Positions 1 through 13,140 of a stretch of 57,653 bases of DNA are shown one piece after another. The stretch comes from Octopus bimaculoides. Taxonomy: Eukaryota. The notes under the pieces are model-generated. The model was not told where the DNA came from, did no database searches, and saw only the letters and a program-made list of their open reading frames with translations. Both the position numbers and the translations under genes were made by a program. Where the stretch lies: NCBI RefSeq assembly GCF_001194135.2, contig NC_068981.1, positions 124,018,099-124,075,751 of the forward strand, written 5' to 3'. The first letter of the stretch is position 1. Each line of letters starts with the position of its first letter.

Positions 1-40
<40 letters not shown>
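1..40. repeat. (AC)n microsatellite
   Basis: Perfect AC run at the window start. Confidence 0.98.
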
Positions 41-48
<8 letters not shown>

Positions 49-404
49 CCTTGAAATATATAAATTTCTTTTGCAATTGCATTTGAAACGTTTGATTCTT
101 TAGTTGATGTAAAAGTCCACCGAAGTAGTACGGAAGGTGTAGTGTTAGGAAACGACATTTCTGAGATATGTACAGTCTTTGTTACACTTGTCATTCGTAA
201 TTTGTAAGTTGTTATCTTTTATGTCTTTTTTAAATTACATCTAGGATTAAACAATTTTAAATATGAAACGAAAGCGAAGACAAAATCATTCTATGATCTT
301 ATTCTGCTACTGTGCGACTACATTGTTAAAGCTTTTACAAATCAATATGACCTATTCTATTCTTTTTTACTTCTCAGAGAAAAGTTCATATCCTACAGCT
401 AAGC

Positions 405-770
405 TTGAGTTCTGGGTTTCGAACCCACAACGTAGTATCTTGGGCAAGTTTCTTCTACAATAGAATCGACTTGATTAATAAGATGCCTTGAGTGAAATTT
501 GGTAGACTGAAACAGTATCGAAGCCCATCGTATGAGTGAAAGAAAGAGAAAGAATGAGAGACGATGAGGGGGTATTTACATTTATGCTGCTTAATATCAG
601 TGAAGTGGTGTTGTTAATGTACCTTAAACAAGGCGGTACACAATAGTGACATAGGAACCAAGCCTAAAAATAATTACTGGGGTCGACATGCTGGATTAAA
701 TCCTTGAATATAATGCCCCAGCATGACTGCAATCTAATACCTAGTAAAGGACTGAATGAATAAAAGAATA
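405..770 (+). mobile_element. Degraded tRNA-SINE family A copy
   Basis: Body (tcttgggcaagt..ctacaatag, tttggtagactgaaac, gaagcccatcgta) and tail (ggggtcgac, cagcatgactgca, gaataaaagaata) match the reverse complement of the 780-1178 copy. Confidence 0.65.
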
Positions 771-779
771 TATCATTAT

Positions 780-1178
780 ACTCTTTACTCTTACTCTTTT
801 ACTTGTTTCAGTCATTTGACTGCGGCCATGCTGGAGCACCACCTTTAGTCGAGAAAATCGACCGCAGGACTTATTCTTTGTAAGCCTAACACTTATTCAA
901 TCGGTCTCTTTTGCCAAACCGCTAAGTTACGGGGACGTAAACACACCAGCATCGGTTGTCAAGCGATGTTGGGGGGACAACCACAGACACACACAAATAT
1001 ATACATATACATATATACGACGGGTTTCTTTTCAGTTTCCGTCTACCAAATCCACTCACAAGGCTTTGGTCGACCCGTGGCTATAGTAAGAGACACTTGC
1101 CTAAAGTGCCACGTAGTGGGACTGAACCCGGAACTATGTGGTTGGTAAGCAAGCTACTTACCACACAGCCACTCCTGC
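780..1178 (-). mobile_element. Full-length tRNA-derived SINE, family A
   Basis: Minus-strand head gcaggagTGGCTGTGTGGtaag (A box) and ggGTTCAGTCC (B-box-like); internal CA/TA repeat; tail gactgaaacaagtaaaagagtaagag; related copies at 23344 and 40865. Confidence 0.9.
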
Positions 1179-1181
1179 ACA

Positions 1182-1277
<96 letters not shown>

Positions 1278-1335
1278 TATTATTATTATTATTTCTCTTC
1301 TTGTTGTTGTTGTTGTTCTTATTGTTATTGCAACA
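1182..1335. repeat. Compound (ATT)n(ATC)n(GTT)n trinucleotide microsatellite
   Basis: Directly visible. Confidence 0.97.
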
Positions 1336-1456
1336 ATTGCTTTATGATATCTACAAATATGCTTCACACGATTGTCTTTAAATAAATCCTTTACATGTGT
1401 AAGCCTTTATATATGAGTATTTACATATACATTTAAGCCTTTCCATATGTTTATAT

Positions 1457-1517
<61 letters not shown>

Positions 1518-1791
1518 NNNNNNNNNNNNNNNNNNNNNNNNNNNNNNNNNNNNNNNNNNNNNNNNNNNNNNNNNNNNNNNNNNNNNNNNNNNNNNNNNNN
1601 NAATGAGAGAATGAAATAATTAAAGACACAGTGATGTCAGAAATTTTCTTACGCATCTATATTCGTCTTTCTCCTTTTCTTTTGTGCTCGTAAATCTCAC
1701 AACTTTCTATTTTCGGTTCTTTTTCTTCCATGTTTACTTTATCTGTCGTACTTACTCGGTCTATCACTTCTAAGAATCTCTTGCCTTACGT

Positions 1792-1792
<1 letters not shown>

Positions 1793-1823
<31 letters not shown>

Positions 1824-1847
1824 TCTCTCTCTCTCTCTCTCTCTTTA

Positions 1848-1902
<55 letters not shown>

Positions 1903-1905
1903 TTT
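1793..1905. repeat. (CT)n microsatellite
   Basis: Directly visible. Confidence 0.95.
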
Positions 1906-2647
1906 TCTCACGGCGCAGCCTACTATAAAGAGACAGTAACACACGCCGAGTCAATGAAGACCTGAAAATGATTACGATGGATGTAGGGACTATACTTACC
2001 ATATATATAACATATTTCAAGTTAATCTGGTGCCACCATGGATTTTCCATACTTTAAAATTGTATTTTTAAAACTCCATAGCACACCTAGATACTATTTA
2101 TGGTGTGTCAGTACGCCACAACAAATCATTAAAGAACCACTGTTTCAAGAAATAATTCTGTGGGCAGATAAAGATGAATTGGTTTGACTAGTATACATCG
2201 TATCCAGAACAACAGTTCAAGACCATATACCCACTTGTTTTTGTCCACGAAAAAAAATGTGATAAAATGTTGCTCGGAAAGGTTTATCACAGATTTGAGT
2301 TCCCAACGACCAGCTGATAATGTTAAACCAGGTGATTGCTTAAGTTTGTAGAGTAACTAACTTCAATCAGACATCATGTATCAAATTTATATCAAACGAT
2401 CGAAAAAACATCAAACGAAATTTCTTCAGGGCGTCTTTTAAGAGTCTGAGAGTGAATTAATTAAAAAGCAATTCAACGCTAGTCTCTGTCGGGATCGTTA
2501 AATTCAACATTAATTACATTGTATTAATTCATACGTCAGATGTTCACAACTATAAAGGTCATCGGAACGAATTAACAATAACAATGAAAGAACAGAATCA
2601 GTCGAAGAGCATATTAGGCAAAATGGCATATCCGTAGTAAGTAGAGT

Positions 2648-3034
2648 TGTTGGCACTCCGTCGCTTACGACGTCGAGGGTTCCAGTCGATCTGATCAACG
2701 GAACAGCCTACTCGTGAAATAAACGTGCAAGTGGCTGAGCAATCCACAGACACGTGTACCCTTAACGTAGTTCTCGGGGATATTCAGCGTGACACAGAGT
2801 GACAAGGCTATTTATTCCCTTTGAATTACAGGCACAACAGAAACAGGAAGAAAGAGTGAGAGAAAGTTGTGGTGGAAAAGTACAGCAGGGTTCGCTACCA
2901 TCACCTGCCAGAGCCTCGTGGAGCTTTAGGTGTTTTCGCTCAATAAACACTCACAATGCCCGGTCTGGGAATCGAAACCGTGATCCTATGACCGCGAGTC
3001 CGCTGCCCTAACTACTGGGCCATTGCGCCTCCAC
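2648..3034 (-). mobile_element. Full-length tRNA-derived SINE, family C, with 13-bp TSD
   Basis: Head gtggaggcgcaaTGGCCCAGTAGttagggcagcggactcgcgg..GTTTCGATTCC; perfect direct repeat tagtaagtagagt at 2635-2647 and 3035-3047. Confidence 0.92.
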
Positions 3035-3086
3035 TAGTAAGTAGAGTAGTGGTTCTGCAACTCAATAATATAACTGAAAGTTTTAA

Positions 3087-3290
3087 GGCAGCAAGCTGGC
3101 AGAATTATTAGCACGCCGGGAAAAATGCTTAGTGGCATTTCGTCCGTCTGAGTTTAAATTCTACCTAGGTCGACTTTGCTTGTCATCATTTCAGGGTCAA
3201 TAAAATAAGTAGCAGTTGAACTCTGGGGTCGATTTAATCGACTTACACCCTCCGCAATTGGTGGCCTTGTGCCAAAATTTGAAACCAATA
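3087..3290 (+). mobile_element. SINE family B copy
   Basis: ggcagcaagctggcagaat..gtcgactttgc..ggggtcgatttaatcgac..ggccttgtgccaaaatttgaaacc; homologous to 11322-11536 and 22370-22603. Confidence 0.85.
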
Positions 3291-3880
3291 TTACTGAACG
3301 TTTGAATATTCTTGCAGGTTATAAAGGACGTAACACTGATGCGTCAGTATTACGAAGCACTGCCTTACTGTATTGTGTTTCTTTTTCATACTCATAGATA
3401 CACAACGAAAGTTACGAGTATCAGAAGCAACAAATGAATATCTTCTATACTTAATACTGCAGCAGTATTTTTCTGCGGCTGAAACCAATATGCAGTTAAG
3501 AGATTTGTTAAAGGAGAAAAGCAATGATTAAAGCGCAGTAGGCATAACAAAAAATAGCACAGATTTCGTATGGACAAATACAAAGGACTTTCAGATGTTG
3601 TGGATGATGAGAAGCTAAGTGAACAAATACTTATTACGCTGAGGATGTTTTATCAAAAGCTGATGCGTCTTCTTCATGATTTGCTTTAGGTAGATTATCA
3701 TCTAGAAAAGCACGTAATCATTTAAACGTGAATGAAAGAGGACCAGAAAAGAGGATCTCTACCTGCTAACATTCTTTTAATTTTAGCAAAAGATAAACCC
3801 AAAGATTCAGATGACGTTAATTGATTTGTTACAGTGATATTCCATATGTGTGTGTGAGTAAATATATATACATATATATA

Positions 3881-3925
<45 letters not shown>

Positions 3926-4895
3926 CTACCCTTCTGCCCTGGCCTCTACTTCACTGCTTCTGTCCCTTCCTCCTTGTTCCACTTCCTCCCTCCACCATCC
4001 TCTCTGCTCTCGTGTGACCTGTGGTCAACTTTCTTTTCACTCCAGCCGCTGTGAAGGCAAGACGAACTACTAGCGTTCTACCTCAGATTTGCGTTTGGCC
4101 GTACGGCTTTTGAATGTTGTTTTCACTGTCCATTTTTTCCTGTCTTGGTTTGTGTTTGCCACCTTGGAATCCTCTGTGTAGTGGGTTGATCCACTACTCA
4201 GGAAGAGACTATTCTAGAGTACGTTCTGTCTTGTCTTCGAAACGTCTAGATAGAATAGAGACAGCTGATGAAGGGATATTCCAAGGGGCTTTCCGTTTTC
4301 CTATGTGTTCGTTCCGTTGTCTGTAGTTTATTGTTCTAACGTCCTGTACCCTGATATGCATGTATATACACATGTAGATGCAAGTATGTACATATATGTG
4401 TGTATACATGTATATATATTCTTTGTATTATATATATATATATATATATATTAATATATACCTTTTGGAGAATAATGGTCCTCGAAACATGTCATATGCA
4501 GCTTTAAGGAATAGCATGTAAATGGTGGGTTTCAAAAGCCTTTTTGATAGAAATATATATAATACACGCATACATACATACATACCTGTGTGTGTGTGTG
4601 TCTGTGTGTGTCTGTCTGTGTATGGGGGGGTGCATCTGTGTGTATGCACGTGTGTGCACGCGCGCGTGCTTGCATGCGTGCTTGTATATATGTATGTACG
4701 TACGTACGTATGTATGTATGTATGTATGTATGTATGTATGTATGTATGTGGTGGTTGCTTGGTAGAATCACAACAACATCAAAGAGCGTGAGTTGCAATC
4801 TTAGTTCTGGCTTCCTTTGCTCTGAGTTGAAATCCCGCCAATCCCAAGGTGTTGGTGAATGAAGAACCATTTCAGTGCCGGTGCATCTCTCTCTG

Positions 4896-4971
<76 letters not shown>

Positions 4972-5678
4972 GTCTATCATGCCCTGGTTGCTCCGTTGAG
5001 TCAAGCAAGGAGAAAAGACTGGAGAAGATGTTCACAAATGAAAGCATTTAACATACTGATGTTAAGTTATACTTGAATTCGAAATATATTTATGTGAAGG
5101 CGAGGTACGTGCGTAAACGGTTAAGATTGAATACAAATCATTCAAGATTTCATAAACACTAAGACAGACAAAGAACAGAACCATCTATCACATACCTGTT
5201 GATTGTACCACAGAGCGTCTGGTGTCCCTATTTAAAATAAGCTATATGAATGTTTTGCTGATAAAATGAACATCGTTTTCTTCATAAAAATTACATTTAT
5301 TTCCGAGTTAATTTCTTCACTCAATCGTCTGCGAATAGATTGTTCTGCTACTGGCTAACATAGCGAAGTGTCATACTTCGGTTCGATGTTTATGACAAGG
5401 ATTAACCTCCAAAATATGAATAACTATAAATTAGCGAGTGAATCATCAATTATCGGTGACATTAATGCAATATTTATGAATGTTTTTTTTTTCTTTTTTT
5501 ATCACTAACACATTTATACGAGCTTAATTTAAGAAAAAGACAAGTTCTTCGGAGTAGAATTGGCAACAAACTCACTCGGAACATGAAGGACACGAGGTTC
5601 GAGTCCTCTCGTAGGTACTGTTCTCTTGTTATCCCAAGTTATTAAATTATGGCATATAACGCATTAATCATATATATA

Positions 5679-6700
5679 CTAGCAGAGATACCCGGCATTA
5701 CTCGGGATTAAAAGGGCATAGTCTGTATATAATATATTACAGTTATGTTGAAACAGGTGATATGTGAAAGTGCAGCATTGACAACAAAAAATTTGTGGAG
5801 TAAATGATGGGCTAATTCGACTAGGCAACATGCTATGCGTACGTTTGGTGTATATCAGGCCCTAACCTGTGGGGGTTATGTGATTTTTGAATGCACCGAA
5901 AAGTTGTCAGCGGATATACTCTCTTTTGCAGCAGTCGGCGCTGTGTCTAACACGACCCATCATCTGAAATTTTGACACCTCCTTCGGGTTTGTCGTCCTA
6001 CATCCCTCATAAAGTAAATTTGGAGGACCTGTTGTTGTTCATTTGTGGGTAACAGGGAACCAATGAGGTAATGGATTTGCCTTTGAACTTTGACGTCGGC
6101 GTAAATTCATGTTTACCTATCTTCTTAGATGCACCAAATGATGTCAATTGCAGAGTTGTATTCTCTGATATTGTTCAGAAAATCCTTTGACTGGATGGAA
6201 ATGACTTCTAGAAGATGCATAGGAGGTTGAGAAGGAGCTGGTAGTGCTGGCAATGTTACTTGACCGCCTGAACAACACATACCATTTGTTTCATTTGAAA
6301 ATTTTAAAGCTCTACAGAAACGACAATTTGTATTTAGTACACCAATTTGGACAGAGTTATTATTTTTATAAGAATGGAATGGATCATATCTGAAAACAGC
6401 TTCAGGAGTTGTGAAGAACGAATTTGTACGTAGTCTGTTTCTGAGAGCTATTCTATTGGACTTCTGTCTAATCATTAAAACATGGATTTAATGATCTAGC
6501 ATTAAGTGCTGCAACATACATTTGCTGATCTTGAGAAAATCTCATCTCGCTTCTCTCTTCAGACTCTCACCTTCGGTTTTCTACGATCCTCCTTGCTTTA
6601 TACTTGTTTCTTGAGAGATTACGTCTTTTCTTTGATGGCATATTTTTTCCAATATTGTAAACAAAAAATTATGAACATAGAAAGAAAGTGAAAGATGTAT
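5679..6700 (-). mobile_element. Internally deleted Helitron (Rep N-terminal fragment joined to 3' end)
   Basis: ORF 6125-6475 has IGVLNTNCRFCRALKFSNETNGMCCSGGQVTLP..FLNNIREYNSA, continuing by frameshift as MSFGAS..FTPTSKVQRQIHYLIGSLLP..LQIYFM; minus-strand 3' end is a cccg/cggg hairpin (5691-5706) then CTAG|T (5679-5682). The 5' end is uncertain and may lie near 7370. Confidence 0.88.
6125..6475 (-). pseudogene. Helitron Rep/helicase N-terminal zinc-finger-like region, frameshifted
   Basis: CxxCxAxKF-E-GxCC motif typical of Helitron proteins. Confidence 0.85.
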
Positions 6701-7145
6701 GTACGTCTATACGTCTATATGAAATGGATGTGCGTGTGTGCGTGTGCGTGTGCGTGTGTGTGTGCGTGCGAGCGTGCGTGCGTGCGTGCACGTGTGTATG
6801 TGAGAGAGAAAGAGGGTGAGAAAGAGATATAGAGTGAGTGAGTGAGTGAAGGTGTGTGTCGTGATGATTGATGTCTTTTAATGTACACACACATATAGAA
6901 AATGTGACGTCATCGTATGAAATGTTTACAATAGTTGATTTATGGAAAAGATTATGTTAAATTTTTGAAATGCAAATATGCGAATGGAAATTAAGTTTCA
7001 TTTGNNNNNNNNNNNNNNNNNNNNNNNNNNNNNNNNNNNNNNNNNNNNNNNNNNNNNNNNNNNNNNNNNNNNNNNNNNNNNNNNNNNNNNNNNNNNNNNN
7101 NNNNNNNNNNNNNNNNNNNNNNNNNNNNNNNNNNNNNNNNNNNNN

Positions 7146-7197
<52 letters not shown>

Positions 7198-8087
7198 ACA
7201 GTATCTCACATTACAATAGAGACGTAATACTGAAATGCTGTAAGAGATTGCTCTGGGCTCGCATTAGGCAAGAAGTTGGAATTGGGCGGGGGCATGACAC
7301 TGGCGTAGGCCTTGGCTTTTGTATTTAACGGATATTGCTTTGAGTATTTTATTTCGATTTTATGTATATATGTATGTGTAAGCCAATGAGGGAGACCTCT
7401 ACATAGTAGCTAGATCCGGTAGAAATAGCAACCAAATTTCCTTTAAAATACCCTACTGTCTTAATCCGACAATTCTGCCTATTATGTAGTTTGAATGAGA
7501 AACTGTAACTAAAGATTAAGATTATTAACCCCCAAATTTAACACGTTTTAATAACAATCAATTTTTTCTCTTTTTTGCTTTCCTTGTAGTTTCTCGTGTC
7601 AGATGTAAAGGTGAAGAGGGTTAACTTGGACAGCGTTAAGTAGTGGAGATGTTTGGTGATTGTATGTGGTGGTTACTTTTGACTGTTTCTTCTCAATAAG
7701 GATAATTGATTGATAACGAATCTTAACACAATATATATACAGCTTCAAGTGGAATTGGACGTCATAAGAGAGACAGACAGAGGAAAGAAGAGAGACAGCA
7801 TAGCAACGGTTTTGGTTGACTATCATCCTGTACTCCCCTTATTGCTAACGAAATGGTATGTGCCGGCTGTCTGAGCAACTGGTTGATTTTAATGGCGGAA
7901 CAAGCAGGACAAAAAGATTACAAAAATAGCGATTTTCACTTTGAAACTAACAATTTTGAAAATCCTTTTGGATTACAGAACGCCCTGCTCTCTCATGTAT
8001 CCATGTTTAAAATTTCAGCGCGATCGGATGAACAATACTCGAGTTATAAGCACACAAATAGACAAACAGAATGAATTTTATATATTA

Positions 8088-8167
<80 letters not shown>

Positions 8168-8634
8168 CTTTCAATCTGCATAACAATTTTTATATTCTTC
8201 TCAATATTCAGTTTTATTAATTGAGACGGAAATAAACTCAAATAAAAGTCATTAAAAATACATTGTGTTGTATTAAAATCCTGTAACAAAAAACAGGAAA
8301 TTCAACCCTAATTTGAAGCATATGCTGTGATAAAATACAGCCTTAGCGTTTCTATTCGCATAAAATACCTTTTAAGTGAGAACATTAATTATTGCATATT
8401 CTAGCATAAAAACGATAATGACTTACAAAATGGGAATTGTTTAGTAGAGTATATCTACTTTGATATTTTTGCGGTATCATTCCAAAATAGCATTAAGATG
8501 ACAAATATTCATTAGCTATCGCAGTATGACATCTCTTCAATAATTCTTAAAATCAAAGAAACAAAAGCATTATTCGTTTTTAATATCAAATTTTTAGGCT
8601 ATTTAGAGTCAACATCGTGGTTTGTGATTCTGAG

Positions 8635-8635
8635 T

Positions 8636-8689
<54 letters not shown>

Positions 8690-8699
8690 CATACATACA

Positions 8700-8730
<31 letters not shown>
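8635..8730. repeat. (TAGA)n(TACA)n compound microsatellite
   Basis: Directly visible. Confidence 0.95.
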
Positions 8731-8731
<1 letters not shown>

Positions 8732-8734
8732 AAA

Positions 8735-8850
8735 GTACCCTGTTGTTGATGTTGAAATTCCAATGATGGATCCCTGAATCTAGGTTAGAAATCGACTACT
8801 TTTCTATTAGCAAGAAATCTTGAAATAAACTAAACAATTACATACATACG
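8735..8850 (+). mobile_element. 5'-truncated 3' end of the R4/Dong-like LINE seen at 33.8 kb
   Basis: ccctgtt..atgttgaaattccaatg..ctaggt..agaaa..gcaagaaatcttgaaataaact..acatacatac is shared with 33778-33890. Confidence 0.85.
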
Positions 8851-10446
8851 CGGACAGACGGACGGACGGNNNNNNNNNNNNNNNNNNNNNNNNNNNNNNN
8901 NNNNNNNNNNNNNNNNNNNNNNNNNNNNNNNNNNNNNNNNNNNNNNNNNNNNNNNNNNNNNNNNNNNNNNNNNNNNNNNNNNNNNNNNNNNNNNNNNNNN
9001 NNNNNNNNNNNNNNNNNNNNNNNNNNNNNNNNNNNNNNNNNNNNNNNNNNNNNNNNNNNNNNNNNNNNNNNNNNNNNNNNNNNNNNNNNNNNNNNNNNNN
9101 NNNNNNNNNNNNNNNNNNNNNNNNNNNNNNNNNNNNNNNNNNNNNNNNNNNNNNNNNNNNNNNNNNNNNNNNNNNNNNNNNNNNNNNNNNNNNCGGGCGA
9201 GCGGGCGGGCGGACGGGTGGATGGATGGATGGATGGATGGATGGATGGAAGGATGGATGGATGGATGGATGGATATGTGTAACTTATCGATTAATCAGTA
9301 TTTCAATTATTCTATTGCATAAGATTGCTCGGTAGGCTTAATCAGTTTGCCCTGGTTAATACTATCACCTGGTCCTTTGCTGCCTTTAGTGAGCCCCACT
9401 TTGTTGCAAGCCCCGACAGATTCGGAGGCCAAGTAAAGAGCCATGAGAGCTGCTCTCGCACTTGACTTAATTTGCTTTGTTGACGAAAGTAAATCAATGC
9501 CTTTTCAACAGTAATTTTGTATAGTAGTTATAAAAGGGATTTTGTTTAGATGGAGGATGCGGTAGTCTATGTGCTCAGCAAGTTACTAGCTCTAGAAAAG
9601 GACTGGTAACAGATACTCTATACTACAATGTAGTGTGTTTAACATAGAAAAATAGGCCGTTACACACACTGCTACGAAAACTAGCCCTAATATCAAGCCA
9701 AGTCAAGATCTGCTTGATCTTAATCTGTGACTGATCGATGTGTCCGGTGGAATGACATGAGAAATTGTGTATCTCTAACAACAAAATAATAGCAACTTAC
9801 TGAAACGTACATTGAATTTCATGTATTCGATTCGCTTTTTTATAATATAATAATTGCAGATTAAGTGCAATCTGATTCTAGTAATCTGAGAATAATAAGG
9901 TCAATCCCTGCGTCAGCATGTTAGAAAAAAACCCACAAAACGACGGTAGTCGGAATAGTTTGAACAAACAAGTAGCAGAAAACAGCGATATAAATCCATA
10001 TTAGTTTGACACGGTGGTCCTTTTTCAAGGAAACTATAAAACCCTTACGTTTTCTCTCCAGTGAACAATCCTACGGTACATCTGGCTTTTCCAGTCGAAT
10101 TTACAACTTCCCATTACCTCTCCGAATTTCCCCTCCTTTAAACGTGCCCTTTATCTGCCTGTCATGCTGGCTCACTGCTTTTCCTTTCTCAATGCGCTCA
10201 CTTGGAATCTGTAACTGTTAATATCTTTGCAGTTATTCTTGTGTATTCAACTTAAAACATCAGTCCCTCCCAGGACTTAACAAATCCTTGTTCCATATCA
10301 TCGACTGGATCACTTGCACCACCATGAACTTCATCAATTGCATTAAATGACGTGTACTAAAATGATGTCAGTATGTAAATACTCTCCAACTATATTTTTG
10401 CGAGCATCGTGCATTTGATAACTATAACTATTATCATTTCCATTAT

Positions 10447-10700
10447 TAAAGCTATGAGGATTGCTTGTTGAGTTTGCAGAATTTTTAAAGAATCGGACAA
10501 AATGGTTTGGGAAATGTCTTCTAGCTCTTATCGTTCTGGGTTCAAATTTCGCCGTGGAAATTCCGCCGTGCGCGGCTTTGCCTTTCATATTTTCATGGTC
10601 GATAAAATAAGTACTAGTTGGGTACTAGAGTCGACCAAATCAACTTGCTCCATCCCCTCAAAATTGCTCAATTTGTGCTAAAATTTTTAAAAATTATTAA
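10447..10700 (+). mobile_element. Degraded SINE family B copy
   Basis: gttctgggttcaaattt..ctttgcctttcat..gtcgataaaataagtact motifs. Confidence 0.65.
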
Positions 10701-11321
10701 AGCCGTGATTACAGTGAGATTGGTTTGCAGAATAGCTAAAGAGTCGGACATAATGCAGTGTGGTATTTCTTCCGGTTCTTCCCACCAAAACCAGCTTGGC
10801 GTTTTATCTCTCAGTAGTCAATAAAATGAAGCGTTAGTCAAGTACTCAGGTCGACAGTACTGACTCATCTGACTCCACGCAAAGCAAATTTCATGCCTTG
10901 AACCTATGTATGAGCCAACGTGGCAGAAACACTTGAATGCTAAACTTGATTCATTATAGTATTTAGTTACATTCCTTTACGCTCTAAATACACAACACGC
11001 CAGTGAAGTAAGTACCATTCACGTACTGGAATCCTCTTAATCAACTATAACCTCCAATAAAATGTATGTCTTTCTACCAATAAAAGAATGTTTAGTTTTT
11101 GTCTGGGCACATTTGGTGCACAACACAATTACATTTGATATTTCAGTAGAGAAAAACAAAACAATGTTCTATATTTATTTAATCCAATCAATAATAAAAA
11201 AAAACACGGATTCTCTTTCATAGAAAGAAGTAACATATCAGTTATTTTACGTAACTGACTGTCAATTAAGAAAGTTAGAAACCTCAGTTCATACTTACCC
11301 ACTATTCATACTTATATATAT

Positions 11322-11536
11322 TCGTTTCTACTCAAAGCACAAGGCCCGAAAATTTGGGGATAGGGGCCAGCCGATTAGATCGTGCCCAGTACGCAACTGG
11401 TACTTAATTTATCGACCCCGAAAGGATGAAAGGCAAAGTCGACCTCGGCGGAATTTGAACTCAGAACATAAAGACAGACGAAATACCGCTAAGCATTTCG
11501 CCCGGCGTGCTAACGTTTCTGCCAGCTCGCCGCCTT
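11322..11536 (-). mobile_element. SINE family B, near-consensus copy
   Basis: Head ggcggcgagcTGGCAGAAACG, B-box-like gaGTTCAAATTCC; possible 13-bp TSD cttat(a/g)tatattc at 11311 and 11540. Confidence 0.9.
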
Positions 11537-11635
11537 ATGCTTATGTATATTCATATTAATAATACTATTTCTCATCCGCTATAGCTATCTCTCTCCCTAT
11601 ATCTCACATATATATGTGAATATGTATACATATTC

Positions 11636-11709
<74 letters not shown>

Positions 11710-11752
11710 NNNNNNNNNNTGCGTATGTGTTTATATATTTTAAAACAGACAT

Positions 11753-11791
<39 letters not shown>

Positions 11792-11994
11792 TTCAAAGAG
11801 ACAATAGAAAGCTACTAAAGTTAAGCACTTACACAGACATCCACATATACAAAACAAATTATGTATGCATCTATGTTTATGTAAATAAGTATGTAAGTGC
11901 ACGGATATACATACGCATATATATAAAATGCATGCATCTCTATATATGTATGCATGTGGGTGTATGTGTGTGTGTATGTGTGTGTGTATAATAG

Positions 11995-12025
<31 letters not shown>

Positions 12026-12894
12026 TGTATGTATATATGTATTGTATGTATGCGTATAAAATATAGTAAGAATCTTTAGTCTTGTGTTTATCTATGTGAA
12101 AGCGTGGGTGGTAAATGAAGAAAATAACAATAAACAGTTCCATAAATGCAAAATGAAGCCAAGTTTCAGTTTAAATTTCAGTTACATAGCTGCAGAGAAA
12201 ATTTGTCAGGAGAGCGCTCTGCATACTAAATGCAAGTGCAGTAATGGTCTTATATTATATATATTAATATGTCAGTTTTAAAAAAGTCGAACCTCTGATC
12301 CTATCAAACTTTGTTTACATTGCTTGTTTTTAAACATTCTTATTGGTAGTTTTTGTCTATCAAGAGCTTGATAATATCTCTTGATAATAATCTCTGTTGT
12401 TAGAAGATTTCCAACTTGTTTACATTATAGATGTGAACCTTTAGTTTATTCAATTACTGTTATTATATTTTGGTTTTATTTACGAAGGAATTTCTTAATG
12501 ACAAAACTATGTAATTTTGTATACAGAATTTAACCGTTCATAAGACGAACAGAGCCTTTTGTTTATGCGAAACATACCATCTTTGTCTCAATTAATTTTG
12601 AAAATAATGAAGAATTTATTAAATAACTTTATTATTTAGCCGGTGCTTGATATATAAATTAAAAAGGGAATTTGATGAAGGCGTTACACTTGACTGCAGC
12701 CATGCCAGGATACTGGCATCAAGGGACATACTCAAATTGTACTCATATTGTACTCATTTGTACTTATTTTAGCATAACACACAATTTTACACTGGTATGT
12801 ACAAGCACAGTTATACACATACACACACGCACACACATATACATATAGACAGACAGACAAGCAGACAGACAAGCAGACAGACAAGCTGGCAGAC

Positions 12895-12961
<67 letters not shown>

Positions 12962-13140
12962 CAGAAAATAGACGTGCATGTGTGTAAATATAAATATAGA
13001 TATATTTCAATCATTTTGAAATATATATCCAAAATTAAATCTTTTGGGAGTTGTAACTGTATTCTAGACAAAAGTGATAAATTAGTTAATATCATGACAA
13101 CCTACTAGACTAAGTACTGGAACCTTATATCCGGCTTTGT

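Noticed and set aside
956-1381. ORFs rich in poly-L/S/I/M, and all similar HT/CV/YI/RE-repeat ORFs in the track
   Set aside because: Translations of microsatellites; no coding signal
4195-4275. CGAAACGTC followed by CTGATGAAGG as a type II hammerhead
   Set aside because: No stem I can form between GUC and CUGAUGA, and the upstream core (caggaaga) is degenerate. Probably a decayed Penelope-type terminal fragment, related to 38690-38890
5550-5620. tRNA gene suggested by GGTTCGAGTCC (also ggggttcgattcccc at 46738)
   Set aside because: No A box or cloverleaf; isolated B boxes, likely from decayed SINE heads
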